NCBI GenBank assembly: GCA_018398765.1
Contig: JAHBMJ010000485.1
Location: 1 to 46,878 of the forward strand
From: Chromera velia
Lineage: Eukaryota
Length of the DNA: 46,878 nt
Direction: 5' to 3'
Part shown: piece by piece, positions 24,471-42,639 of the stretch
Position numbering within the stretch: position 1 is the stretch's first letter
How the letters are laid out: every line of letters begins with the position of its first letter
The notes under the pieces: generated by a model
Seen by the model: only the letters and a program-made list of their open reading frames with translations
Databases searched by the model: none
Told to the model about the DNA's origin: nothing
Position numbers and translations under genes: made by a program

Positions 24471-24633
24471 GGTGTGTGTATATATATATATATATGTGTG
24501 TGTGTATATGTGCGTGCGTGCGTGTGTGAATGTGTATGTATGTGTATGAATGTGTGTGTGTATGTGTGAATATGTGTATGTGAATGTGTGTGTGTGAATG
24601 TGTGTGTGTGTGTGTATGTGTGTGTGTGTATAT

Positions 24634-24685
<52 letters not shown>

Positions 24686-24697
24686 ATGTGTGAATAT

Positions 24698-24740
<43 letters not shown>

Positions 24741-24765
24741 TATGTGTGTATGTATGTGAATGTGT

Positions 24766-24803
<38 letters not shown>

Positions 24804-24878
24804 ATATGTGTGTGTGTATGTGTGTGTGTGTGTGAATGTGTGTGTGTGTGTATGTGAATGTGTGTGTATGTGTGTGAA
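24205..24878. repeat. Long compound (TG/TA/TGAA) microsatellite
   Basis: About 670 bp of alternating purine-pyrimidine repeat, directly visible. Confidence 0.97.
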
Positions 24879-25274
24879 TGGGTGAGCGAGCGAGCATGTG
24901 GTGGCGGGCTTCTCGACCCGTCCACCGTAGCCTGAGGGTGGTGGGGCACTCGGGTACGACGGACACTAGGACACTACGGCGCTGCCTTGCACAGCTCTTT
25001 GCCTTCCCATCCCAGACATCCATCGTTGTGTTTGCCCTGGGCAGACGGGGTGGTCGGCTTATATAATGGGCTACCTACAGGCATCCCTCCAGACCCCCCA
25101 CCATCTCTTCCTGGAGTGCAAACGCCTTAGTATACAGGGTATCCGTGAATACCCCCCACCCCCTCCCCCTTTTCTGACCTCACTCCTTCGATCGATCCGT
25201 GCAGGCAAGTACCTTCGTTGGACGCCCCTTGAAGTTTCGTGACAGGAACTTAAGTGACTCACCATACTGATTTC

Positions 25275-26138
25275 GTTCGGAGTTGTTCTATAACCACCAT
25301 AACTCGGAGGCTCAGCCCATCCTCGCGTCACCATCGAAAACAAGACAGGTCCCTTGAAGTTCCCCCCTTTCTCTTCTCGTCCTCTTCCCCAAGCTCTTGT
25401 CCCTCGCTACTTTAGGAGCACGTGGGAACACTCTATGCAAACTGAGTCTCGATCCAGTCCTTGCGAAGAGTTGGTAACATGAAGTACCATTTGGATCGGC
25501 AGTCATAGAAGAGGAGGGACGCAGACCAAAGCCAGGGAAAGTGCGGAGCAAAAAGAGATCCTTCAGCCCAAATCATGGATTTGGACTCTTCTGGAGTACA
25601 CGAAGAATAAACGCCGCTTGAATGAACATGGGAGAGAAAGAGAAAAGGAACGGTGAAAAAAAAGGGGGGGAAGACAGGAAAGAAGAAGAAAGAAGAGAAA
25701 GGAAAGGGAGGAAAGAAGGAAGGTAGGAAGGAAGGAAGGAAGGAAGGAAGATGAAGGAAGGAAGGAAGGAAGGAAGCAAGGAAAGAAGGAAGGAAGGAAG
25801 GAAGGAAGGAAAGAAGGCAAGAAGGAAGGCAAAAAGGAAAGAAGGAAGGGAAGGGAGAGACAAAGAAAAAATGGAGAAAAGCCATGCAGAAACGATGAAA
25901 GCTCAACGACAAGTCCCAAGGTAATGATCATAGCCCCGTTACGCAATCTGACACCCAACAAACTGACCTGAAATGGGTCTCCCACCGGCCAGCTCCTACA
26001 GACACCCCGGCTGTTTCCCCTCGATCATCCGTGTCAAATGAGTCTTGCCATTGATATTAAAGCTGGCTGCACACAAGCTCAGAAGGTCATTCGATTTGAA
26101 GGGAGGAAAGGCATGCGGCCAACTTAAAGCATCACATC
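25275..26138. repeat. About 900-bp dispersed direct repeat, copy 2
   Basis: Colinear, diverged copy of 22470-23391. Confidence 0.9.
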
Positions 26139-26840
26139 TACAGCAATGCAACAGGACGTGCAGCAAAAGAAGGAAAGTACCTCAAAGAAACAGCCTGAAC
26201 GAACGAAGGCCCAGTGCCGATCCTCTGTTGATATAAAAATGTGGGGGGCTCAATTATGAACTTTCACGTGCAGACAGACCTTATAGCTTCCCCGACCGAC
26301 CTGACGTAATGAACTGGTTCCTCTAGTTCCCTTGAAGATCGTCCCGTTGTGATCAAATGACGTGTACGCTGTTCTAGAAGGCAAGAAAACTCAGGGTGGG
26401 AACAGACTGAGCCTCCTTTTTCACGAGGTTACTCTCAAACAACAAAGACAAACAGAGGCCGATGGCCAATACACATTGATGCATGCAGACTGAGTGAGGC
26501 AAATAATCTCAAAGAGCAAAGGCAAACAAAGGCCGGAGGCCAGTACATGCAGACAGAGTCCGGCACGAGTGAAGGTTCACGTTCGACATTGACAGCAGCT
26601 TAGCTGAGCTATGATCCCCGATACAACAACACTACTTTGAGTTTCACTGTGGATAGAAAAGACAGCTCTAGACACTTTACAGATGCAGATTAAGTCGGTT
26701 GTAGCAAGAAGGAGGCTTCGTTACTCGTTGCTCTCTCCAATGTATTGTTTCTCTTATGTTTCTCTTGTATTCTTCTGCAGGCAGCTCTGTCATGCTCTGG
26801 CATACCTGCACAGTGTCAGATGCATTGTGTATGCATGGCC

Positions 26841-27658
26841 ATTCCAGCTTTATACGTCGCTCCTAGACCCGCTTTTCTTTTTTTAGGGAGGGCCCACTAG
26901 ACTAGGATTCATGTCTTGGTGGAGGGTTTCTCCGACAAGCCGTATATAAGCAACGCAAAAATATGAAAAAACCGTACGTACAAGTCTTGTTAAGCGTGTT
27001 TCCCTGGCGAGTTTCGCTCGTCACAGAGGCATCCTAATGGCTCCCACTCCGTTATTATAGATCACTTTTTCGATATTTCTTCTCCCGCTTACCCCTGCCA
27101 GGCAGTACGGAATGGTCCTTCCTTAGCACGCTAAGTTCACCACCCAAGTCCCTGGTCTGGCTGTCAAAGCGAAGGCTTGTGATTAGAAGAACATGCCTAG
27201 TAGTGGGAGGATGGGTGCCGAATCGAATTTCTTGAACGGCTTAGCCACCAAACTGACAGTCCAGTATCTCCGAATACTACCTCGTCTTCTTCTTATGATC
27301 CTTCTTTCTTTTCTCTTCATCTTTTCTTTTTGATCGACCGTTTTCTTTTTTTGCGTACGGATATAATTTTCCTTAGCGGCGTACCAGCCTTTGCGGCTAC
27401 TTGCGGCGATGACGCTAGAATGCATGGCTAAGGGCTTTGCAGGCGCCGCCTTTCTATTCCAGCTTCATGCGTCGCTCCTAGACCCGCTTTTCTTTTTCTA
27501 GGGAGGGCTCGCTAAACTAGGATTCACGTCTTAGTGGAGGGTTTCTCCAACAACTCGTATACAAACGACGCGAAAATATGAGAAAACCGCACGTACAAGT
27601 CTTGTCGAGCGTGTTTCCCCAAGTTTCCCTCGTCGCAGAGGCATCCTAATGGCTCCCA
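26841..27658. mobile_element. Small element with ~205-bp terminal direct repeats (TRIM-like), class uncertain
   Basis: 26841-27046 and 27456-27658 (ATTCCAGCTT...GGCATCCTAATGGCTCCCA) flank a 409-bp core. No TSD, PBS or PPT was recognised. Confidence 0.6.
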
Positions 27659-27834
27659 AACTGAGGCGGGTCCCCCATACTAAGGAGAAATGCGTTATAT
27701 ATAGCATATAAATAGGTGATGAAACTATAGTTTCTTCAAATATTTATTGCTATATTAGCAGATTCTCAAGAGCGGCTCAAAATTTTGAGTCATTGATAGC
27801 TTTAAATAAATATGGTACTTGGCAATACGTAATG

Positions 27835-27868
<34 letters not shown>

Positions 27869-28549
27869 ATTGATTTTTATAGGTTTTGATTTTTATACCT
27901 GCCGCATCTTACACTACCATACAGAGATGATTGCATCTTGCGCAGACTGGTTGCCAGCCTCCTTTATTTATTCCGCATTTTGCATCATTTCTTTGTCTGT
28001 CTCTGAAGGGGCAACCAAGGAGACACAGGACAAAACGAGGATCGAATTCAGGTGAGCAAAGCTCATGTATCATTCAATTTGGTGGTGATGAGTGAAGATG
28101 ATTTGATTCGTAGACATAGAGCGTGTTCTCCTTTATTTAGAAGAATCAAGCGATAGAGGACGGCATCGGATGGTGTGCAGATGGAGAAGTGGGAAATTAA
28201 ACGTAAAAAGGAACGAAGGGACTGTCCCATACAGCTGTGAACGAATCAAAAGGCAGCCCGTGATGGAGTCTGCTTCCACAGAGCTTCCTTGTCTTTTTTC
28301 TGTGTGGCCTTTCTTTGTGTGTGTGTATCTGTATATTGTTACACAGTGGTAAATGGTGGTAGAAGTGGAGGGTGGCTCCACCTCTAAGTAAATAGGCTTT
28401 TACTTTATCTGGTAGTTCTCTTACAGGCTGAGTTACAACATGCTCTCTATCCCACCCTTGAGACGATCGAGGACTGCCTGCATTTCGCCCAGAAGAGGGT
28501 CCTCATGACCGATTAAAGCGCCAGAACAGCACTGGCATGCCTGAGCGGA

Positions 28550-29391
28550 GGGAGAAACGAGAAGGAAAGGGAAAAAACAAGTACCTCAGGGGGAACAGAA
28601 AGGACGGAGACGGACTCCTCTGTTTCTGTATCTTTTTTTTCTCCCAAGGGTCATGGGCCAGTGAGATTCCTTCTGTCAGTTTGTGTCAGTTAGAGGTCTG
28701 TTAGATGACCTCTAAAGAAAATCACCCCAGGCGGAACGGAAGGAGACGGAGAGAGAAAAAGATCAGAACTCCCAATCTCTTTTGATTCCCTATCTTTTCT
28801 GCCGAAGACATATAAGCAAAGGTTTCTCTCTTAGTTCAGTTCCTGTAGTTCGTTCAGTTCAGTCAGTTCAGTCGGTTTGGTCGGTTTATCTCTGAGACAC
28901 GACTTGTTTTCCAGGGGAGTGAAATTGTAAGTAGTAAGCATGATAAAGAAATTCAAAAAGGGGAGAAACAGGGAGAAGAAGAACGGAGAAGCCACATGTA
29001 GCATGCACCCCACTCGCAGACCCGCTTATGAACCGCACGAGCTAGCGCACGAGCATGAGCACCCCGCGCACCCCCCCGTACCCGTGCAGGCTCGAGCCCA
29101 TCACCTCCCACCGCCTCCCACGCTCACGCGAGGGGTGCCATCCGACTCATACATGATCCGAGCCCCGCAGCCTGGGCCTCTTAGGGTCGTCCGTCTCGCG
29201 TTTCCCCCCCATATGCTTTTCACTCACCCCCTGATTGATTCCGTTCCATCTTTATTTGTTCATCAATCAATCAATCAATCAATCGAATGATATACACTCG
29301 GACTGACATAACGAAATATTCCCCTCAAAAACAAGTATGGTCGTCAAGAATGAACAACGACGGGGAAAGAGTGATAGGAAGTGAGGGAAAA

Positions 29392-29424
<33 letters not shown>

Positions 29425-29431
29425 GAAGGAA

Positions 29432-29463
<32 letters not shown>

Positions 29464-29465
29464 AA

Positions 29466-29497
<32 letters not shown>

Positions 29498-29520
29498 AAA
29501 GAAAGAAGAAAAGAGAAAGA
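28550..29520 (-). repeat. 3' terminal direct repeat of the LINE
   Basis: Colinear with 41278-42199 from AGAAACGAGAAGGAAAGGG through the (CAGTT) repeats, a GC-rich block and (CAAT)n to the (GAAA)n tract. Confidence 0.92.
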
Positions 29521-32367
29521 AGGACAGACTGAGGGAACACATACAGCTGCTTATGAAGGCAATTGGAGATCGCCCGTACGCCTGCAACAAGGTGCTTTTC
29601 GAGGAGAAGTGTGAAGACCTCCCTCACTTTCTTCTCATTTTTGCTCACACCCCGTCCCAACTGCTGCTTAGCCATTTGTTGTGCCCACACAATCAAGTCT
29701 GACTTAGAGCGAGCGTCTCTTACTTCATCCAAAAGCTTATTCATGCGTCTCCTCTCCCTTTTGGTCCCTTTGCATTCAGTCAACTTATGGATAACATCAT
29801 TCAGATGGCCACGCCCATGCAAATCGAGGGGGCAGTGCTCGCAGACCGTCTCTACCTCCCCGTTCGGAACTCCTCCCCCCCCCCCTAACAGTGCACAGGC
29901 AATCGGCCTGACGTTGGCCTCCGAATAGAGCAGCCTCCTAGGGAGAGGTCGAGCCATAGGAACACGCCGCCCGCTTAAGCCGGTCCATCCTCCCATGACA
30001 AGACGGGCCAAGCGCTGTCTAGACGGATGTTCGACTTGGAAAACCGAAGGTCTCACTCCATTAGGGAAACCCCCCCCCCGTCCTGCCTGCCCTCCCCTAC
30101 CCTACTGGCCCTCTTTTTACAATGAACGGGAGGTAGCTACAAACCAGTCGTCCAACCATTCTTATGTCTCCCTACCTTTTCCTTCTACCGCGAGCTTTCT
30201 TTTTAATGCAGCTTTCTCTCCCAGGCCCGAAGGTACCCCCTTGACAGAGAAGAGTTCAGGAGCAAAAGGTCCCACCAACAGCTTGACGGACCTCCATCAA
30301 TCGCCATAAAGGCCGTCTTTGTAGAGATCTAAAAAGCCAGCGGGCACACAGTGGGATGTTAAGGAGAGGCTACGTAAAAAACCCCCCACTCTTTTTATCA
30401 AGATAGCCCATATCGGGTAAAGGCTGGAGATAAAGAGGGAGGGGACATGAAACGAATTGCGGGGAAGGCCGAAAACCCATCTAACAAAACGTAGTTGCAA
30501 ATCATCCAACGCTTTTATGTCTGCCTGACTGAGGGAAAACGCTCCTAGCCCGTAAAGGGCCACAAGAATCTACAGGCCCCGAAAGAGCATAATTTTCGAA
30601 GTCGGGGAGAGACGACCAAGAGAAACACAGAGCCCAATGACCCCCCCGAGTGCCCTCTCTGCTAGCCTCTCTGCCACCCCCAGGCGATGTCTCACAGAGG
30701 AACGGAGAGATCCGCCTTCAAAAAGGGTGCGGCCTAAATACTTATACTGGCCCGTTCCCTTGACGTCCTTCCCTTCAAAGAAGATTGGCTGACTAATATT
30801 CTCCTTACTGCAGGAAAGCCTCATTACTTTTGTTTTTTTCAAATTGACCGTGAGGCCCCACGTCCGATAATAATCCGCCAATTTATTCATTCTTGCTTGA
30901 AGCTCATGCGAAGAACGACCAAACAGAACAAGGTCGTCAGCGTAACCGAGGCTTTCAAGAGGCTCGGGCCCCACACAGATCGTATCGTCCTGACTGACCC
31001 TGACTTTCCCTCTTTTCCTCTTCACCGCTACTTTGGTCTTTTTGTTCCTTTTCCCAATGCTAACCCCTCTCAATCTGCCTGCCCAAGGGTAGTCACGTGT
31101 TCTGTTTTCTATAGACCTCTCGTCAGACACTGTTCCATCCTTCTCTGACTCTTCCCCCCCCGAGCTCATCCTCTCGGTAAGCCGAGAGGCGGATGTGGCG
31201 ATGCAGATTATTAGTGAACAGGAGGAAGAGCAGGGGAGAGAAAGGGTTACCCTGTTTCACCCCCGCTCCTTCCTGTATCTCCCTATCTGCACCATCGACC
31301 CTCGCCTAGACATCAAAGTACATAGCATGCACCATCAAAACATCACATTCCGATACACCCTCCTCTCGAAGCTGTCTCAGCAACAAACCTTGAGGGACCT
31401 TATCAAACGCCTTAGAAAAGTCAACGAACGCAGCCAGAAGGGGGAGTTTCTGGGCTTTGGAGCTCACTACGAGTCCTGCCAGCGCCGCAATGGCCTCTCT
31501 GGTCCCAACCCCCTTCCTGAACCCCAGCTGGCGGTTGTCTAATGAGGTCTGTTCTCTCAATCTCTCGTCCATCAGGAAGGCAAACAGTTTTGCAAGCAAA
31601 CACACAATGTGGATAGGTCTCCATTCCGAGCAGTCAAGAGAGGGGGGGCCTTTCGGAACCGGAACTATACGGATCAAATTCCAAAGAGACAGCCAATAGG
31701 AATAACGATAAAATAAATTAAAGAGGACAAAAAGAAGGAAACGAGAAAGGGGAGAGGAGCTGAAACAAAGGTTAAGATGCCTCGGGGAAACGCCCCCAAT
31801 TCCATCAGCCTTACTCATATCGATCGATCGGAGGGCACCGATAATCCTTTTATAAGAGAAGGCCGGGGGAGGAGGGGGGGAAGAGAGAGAGAAAGCAGGG
31901 GAAGCAACTGAAGGAGGAGGGAGCCCTTCACCCTCAAATACAGAGGCCCAGAAATCGGTAAAAGCCGCGGGGGTCGGTCTGTCTCCCCCACCTCTCGCAC
32001 TGCTCGTTTCCCTCTTCCATCTCCAAATCGCCGAGGGATCGGTCGCAGCCTCCCTTGCTAACCTCTCTGCTTGCCTGTTAGCATATTCAGTTTCTTTACG
32101 GGCAAACAGTCTCTTCCTTGTCCTGCGAAGGGACTCAAGCTTTCGCTTCGCACTCTGGGTGGGACCTCCCCGATCACCTTCATCTGCCCCCCATGTTCCT
32201 CTCAGGTCCTTCTATTCTCTCTCGGCCTCTCTCACCTCCCTTTGTTTAGCCGAACATTCCTCATCCCACCAGTCTGGCCGGAACGACTCCCGTTGACTTA
32301 TGCCCTTTCTTTCTTTCTTGTTTTCCTTTCTGCCTCCCATCCCTATCTCTTCGGAATTCCCACTGGC
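29325..32367 (-). pseudogene. LINE ORF2: linker, reverse transcriptase and C-terminal zinc knuckle
   Basis: PDWWDEEC; IVPVPKG...WRPIHIV; QLGFRKG; FVDFSKAFDKV; GVKQGNPFSPLLF; YADD at 30944-30933; GLTVNLKKTKVM; YKYLG; CEHC...HKLTEC. Confidence 0.95.
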
Positions 32368-32369
32368 TA

Positions 32370-34141
32370 CACGGCTTGCCTAGTCAGACATACAAACTCC
32401 TAGGAATACTGCCTGGACAATCCTAGGGAAGTCTGGGCATATTCGAAGGAATGCCTAGAAGATTTAGGGTACATGCCTGATGGACCCTAGGGGTCTCCCG
32501 GGCAAGTGCCTAGTAGACCCTAGGTACCATCTAGGCAAGTTCCTATCTTATCCTAGGCAGTCTCTTAGCAATATCTTCAGTTTTTCTAGACAACATTAGC
32601 TGAGTTTTCAACTTTAAAAATGTAAGTAAAAGTATTTAATTGATGAATATAATTTACAGGAATGTCATGCCCGTACTCGGTCAGGCATGTCTTCATCTCG
32701 CTCTGCCCCTGCTCCTTCATCGAAAAGCTCTGACTTGTAGTATTCAGGAGAGCTGAAGAGCACCTTATCAGCCTCTGTTAGAGTTTCTATACTTTCTAAA
32801 AACCGAGTAACAGCGGACCATCTTATAATATGAAACTCTAGCAAGGCCGTTTTGAGTGCTTTGATATGGGAAGCTCGCCAAAACTGCACCAAGTAGTCAT
32901 TCGAAGGAGCTTTGCAAAGCCAATCCACCATTTGTCAGTAGGTGTACTCTGTATTCAAACTCCCTCCATGGTGTTCTCTCTATTTTGACAGGGACTGAGC
33001 TAGACTGAGCAAAAGCAACAATCCCATCTGAGGTAAACTGAATGCTGCCATCTGTCTCTGCATCCTGAAAGAACGCTTGGGCGTCATCTGCTGACTGTGA
33101 AAGGGGCGGGAAAAATGCAATAAGGTCCCACCCAATTCTGTACCCGTGTTTCCCAGTGAAAATCTGAAACCCACAACCTACCCCTGCATCAAGATCAAAC
33201 CAGCCGTAGAGAGAACATTTTCTTTATACCCCATATTGGTCCATGAAACGGACTTTGTCACCCCCTTCTCCCTGCGCAAGCATAATGGGGAACACTTCTT
33301 TCAAAACCGTGTCGCGCTTTGCCTCTGGAAATTTTCTGGTCTTCGTATACCACTTTTGGGGAAAAGCAAGGACCATAACTGCTTTTGCTTCGCTGACTTG
33401 TGTCCAAGAGGCCTCGGGGGGAGCAGGAGTCGGAACCGCGGGGGCAGCTACAGGAGGAGCAGCAGGTTGGGGAGCACCCCCCACTTCAGGCTCTCTCCGC
33501 GGTGCACTAGAGGAAGATGACGCTTCCTAAGAATGACTATCTTCATCGTCTGACACCTCCCCCCTCGGAAACCTAGCTCTCTGAGTAGGTGCTGTGAGAA
33601 CGACAGCATAACAGTCTGCTCCAACCCATAAACCTCTTCAAGCGAAAGCATCCCGAGCATCTGCTTCTCTGCCAGAGCCCTGAGAGTCAAAGTCCGAATC
33701 TGATTCTTCGGTGACACTATCACTTTCGTCTTTGGAACCCCACTCCTCAACGACTGTGGCTTGGGCTATGCATGGCTAATGGGTTTGTTTCTGGGCAAAA
33801 CACCTTGGAGGTTGCCTTAAAAAAATATTTTGCATGCTGACTCTTAATGCTCTAAAATCATATTATGATTATTTCTACATAAGTATCATTATCTAACACC
33901 ATTTTTTCAAAGAACTCTTTATCTAAACTTGTTTAGGATAGGATAGGAATTTACCTAGATGGTGCCTAGGAATGTTTTAGTGTTTGCCTGGTAGCTCCTT
34001 AGGAGTCACTAGGCACTTGCCTGGTAGACCCCAGGTAGACTGCCTAGAAGACCCCCCGGTCTACTAGGCATGTTCCCTAATCTACCTAATAGTTTCATAG
34101 CATTTTACCAGGAGTTTGTATGTTTGACTAGGCAAGCCGTG
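32370..34141. mobile_element. TIR DNA transposon with TA target duplication (Tc1/mariner-like ends) inserted in LINE ORF2
   Basis: TIR CACGGCTTGCCTAGTCARACATACAAACTCCT at both ends, TA at 32368-32369 and 34142-34143, and CCTAG-rich subterminal repeats. Removing it rejoins the APE and RT halves of ORF2. Confidence 0.88.
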
Positions 34142-34143
34142 TA

Positions 34144-36413
34144 GGTATGTTTGCCAGGAGTCAGAAATCTGTTGTAACTGCTCTGTCAGAGAGAAAGACA
34201 CTGCATCTGATGGGGGCGGCTCGGGTGGAGGTTTTGGGGGATCAAAGAAGTGAGGAACAGCGTCTTCCCACTCCTGCGCTTGACGTAAACCCTCCTCCCA
34301 TAAGTCTAGCCCCCCATTCTCTGTAAACGCTTTCAGAGAGAAGGCCATCCCCATCAACTCATCATCGCAGACAGGGGTACATCTGCCTACTTCACCCAGA
34401 TGAGAGAGAGGCCGGGAGAGGGATGAGTCAGAAATACATTCATGCATAGATGAAGAGGGAGGAGAAGAGAAGTCAAGAGAAAGAGAGACAGCCGTATGCT
34501 GTTTTGCAAACTCAGGACGTGACTTGACCATGTAAGAAGAGAGATAACAAAGAAGTAGAGGGTCAATTAAAGGAATGTCAATTACCGACTTAGACTTCCC
34601 ACTCTTAAAGGTCCATGCCCCGGTCAGTCTGACCTTCACCCCCCTTCTTTCATCTTTTAGGTGCAGACCGGCGGCTGGCAAGAAGTTGGACTTCTCGCAA
34701 AGCGAGTGAAGGATCCAATGACCTGCTTCGTCAAAATTTAAACATAGAGACTTATGCGTGAATTCAAGTGAGTGTCCGTCTGCATTCCTATTCCTTTCAT
34801 GCCCCGTCCCGGTTTCAGTGTCTATTTCCCTTTCCCACGTGACCCCTTTTGGGCAGAGACAATGGGCACTCGCTAGCCAGGTGTGCATTCAGGTCCCCCA
34901 TCACCATTCGTAGATCTGACAGGGGGACAGCACATAACGCCTCCAACAATTCTTCCCTCTCTTCATTTACCCATTCTCTGGAACCTCTATGGTTATGTAG
35001 AAGATACACACCAAAGACATGTAGCATTCGGGTACGTAAACTATCTTCCCCCCCCCCCCCCNCCCCTTTCTTCTCTTACACCCTGACCGTCAGTTTGACC
35101 AGGTCGGGCCCCACCAGTTCCCAGGTCGGATGGAAAACAGGAATTAATGAGTTTCTGACAAGGATACATATACCCCTTGTTCGTATATCCCGTTTGACAG
35201 CTCTAGAGTGAACCCCCATTTTTCTTCTTTTCCATTCCATATGGGAGAAATTCTCCCCCAAGTGGAAGGCCGTGCGGACTTTTCCTGTAGGCATGCACGT
35301 CTCGGGAATCACGACGATATCTACACCCAACAGCTAGCTCTTGAGAGGACCGCCCCCCAACTTTGTTTCTAAGGGTCCCATGTTGAGCGCACTTATGGTC
35401 AAACCACTCCCCCTCCCTTTCTTCTTGTCACTATGATTAACAAAAGATTCATGCAGTTCCCTAGAGGCCATGCTACATGCTGACTGAGAAAAGGGAGAGG
35501 GACAGGGAGCATCAGAAACGGAATCGGGAGATGGAGGGAGGGAAGGAAGAGAAAGGGCAGATGGGGAAATAAAAGGAGAGGGAGAGAGGGCAGCGGAAAG
35601 GGAAAGGGAAGGAGGGGGGGTGGAGGGGGAGGGGGACGAAGGAGGTGGAAGGTTGTCTCTCTTACGTCTTTTCTCAACCCAAAAAGATATCCGGAGGAAG
35701 GGAGGAACAGCAGCTGCCCCTACCCAGAACGTTCTATCCCACTCAGTCTTAACCACTTCATATTCCCTCCTCTTTCCCTTCCCCCCCCTCACATTCACGA
35801 TACGAGCGATTAGCCCCCCGCCCTCCCCCGGTAAGGGGAAAGGCTCCTCCTCTTCTGCTTGCACCTCCTCCTCGGTGCTGCAGAGGAAGTCAGGGCATCT
35901 GCCTCCTCTCAGGGCGCCTCCACATGCGGAGCAGTGTTTTTCTGAGACTCTTCTTCCCCGAAGCCCTCTCCGTAGTCCCTCCCTCTCTCTGAGTCTTCTG
36001 GCAATCTTCTTGTCAGCATTTTTCCTGCATTTCTTAAGAATGTCTCGGGGGGAGGTCTCAGGAACACCAAGAGCCCCTCTGATCCCCGCTTCCCCAACCG
36101 TGGGAGAGCTGTAGTGAAGGCATGCGGGGGGGATAGGAGAAGCAGAGCATGGGAACGATGGTGGAGCAGCGAGCAAAGGCTCCTCACATGGGGAGATGAC
36201 CTGGGCCTCCCGACACTCAGGCTCAACTGTATCTTGCATGTGCGTTTTTGGGGTAGGAGGGGGAAGAGGAGGCAAAAGGAGAGAGGGAAGAGATGATGAG
36301 GAGATAGGAGAAGAAGAAGAAGAAAAAGACGGGAGGGGTGGGGAAGAGAAAGATGGATCAAGAGGAGAAAAAAGAGGAGGGGAAGAAGAAGAGGGGAAAA
36401 AAGCTCGACCCAC
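34144..36413 (-). pseudogene. LINE APE-type endonuclease region with N-terminal extension
   Basis: TISALNMG; VDIVVIPET; RGICILVR; VFGVYL; MVMGDLNAH; WTFKSGKSKSVID; QHTAV. Split by a stop and frameshifts. Confidence 0.88.
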
Positions 36414-36733
36414 ACCCTACCCTCCCAGATACCCAGAACGCACCCCTCCTCTGTTTGAACGCGAACAGGAGGGACATTCATCGATTCACAAATAGGAAGA
36501 GGAGAGGAAGATAAAGAATGAGAAGAAAAAGAAAACACAGGGAGAAGAGAATCCGTCGGTCGATCGATCGAGACGGTTCGAATTGAGTGAGGGGAAGGAC
36601 CGACCCGGAGGCCCCCCTCCCCTCCGGCACAACACCTGCAGGGTCCTGAGAAAGAATCGAATCGAATCGGATGGGGGGAGGGTCCGGGTTGCCATGTCAC
36701 AGGCGTTACCCGTCCCTCCCCCCCAGCCCTGTC

Positions 36734-42199
<5,466 letters not shown>

Positions 42200-42639
42200 T
42201 TTTATTAATTTACGTAGTATATGGGCCAATGACGATGACGTTACATTGACGTATCATAATGATGATGATGATTCTCTTAATTAACTTTTTTTATTTGTAT
42301 TTTGCTACTAGTTTAGCTACTATAATTAATATAATTATATTATAACTTAGTCTAGAACTTAGTTTATGAGTCACAATAATGAGTGTCTATATACTACAGT
42401 GAATTAGACAGTGAAATAGTAAGTATATAGTATAAAGTACTATTAAATATATACAGTGCTAGATACAGTAAATTAATTTTTTGTATAAAAGTTTCAGTAA
42501 TCACTAGGGTAACCATCATAAAATTAGGATTAAGATTATGATTAGACTTTATCTTGCTAGTTCTCTTACGCCGACTTGCGGTTCCCCTGCGGTCTGTATA
42601 CTACCAAGGATAACTCTAGTATTTGTGTTTTAAAACTTT

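Noticed and set aside
24106..25023. Long His-Thr and Cys-Val ORFs
   Set aside because: They are translations of the (TG)n microsatellite, which lacks stops by composition.
27000..27030. Hammerhead ribozyme core in the 205-bp repeat (minus strand TGACGAGCGAAAC)
   Set aside because: There is no room for stem II, C3 is missing, and the motif is not kept in the second copy.
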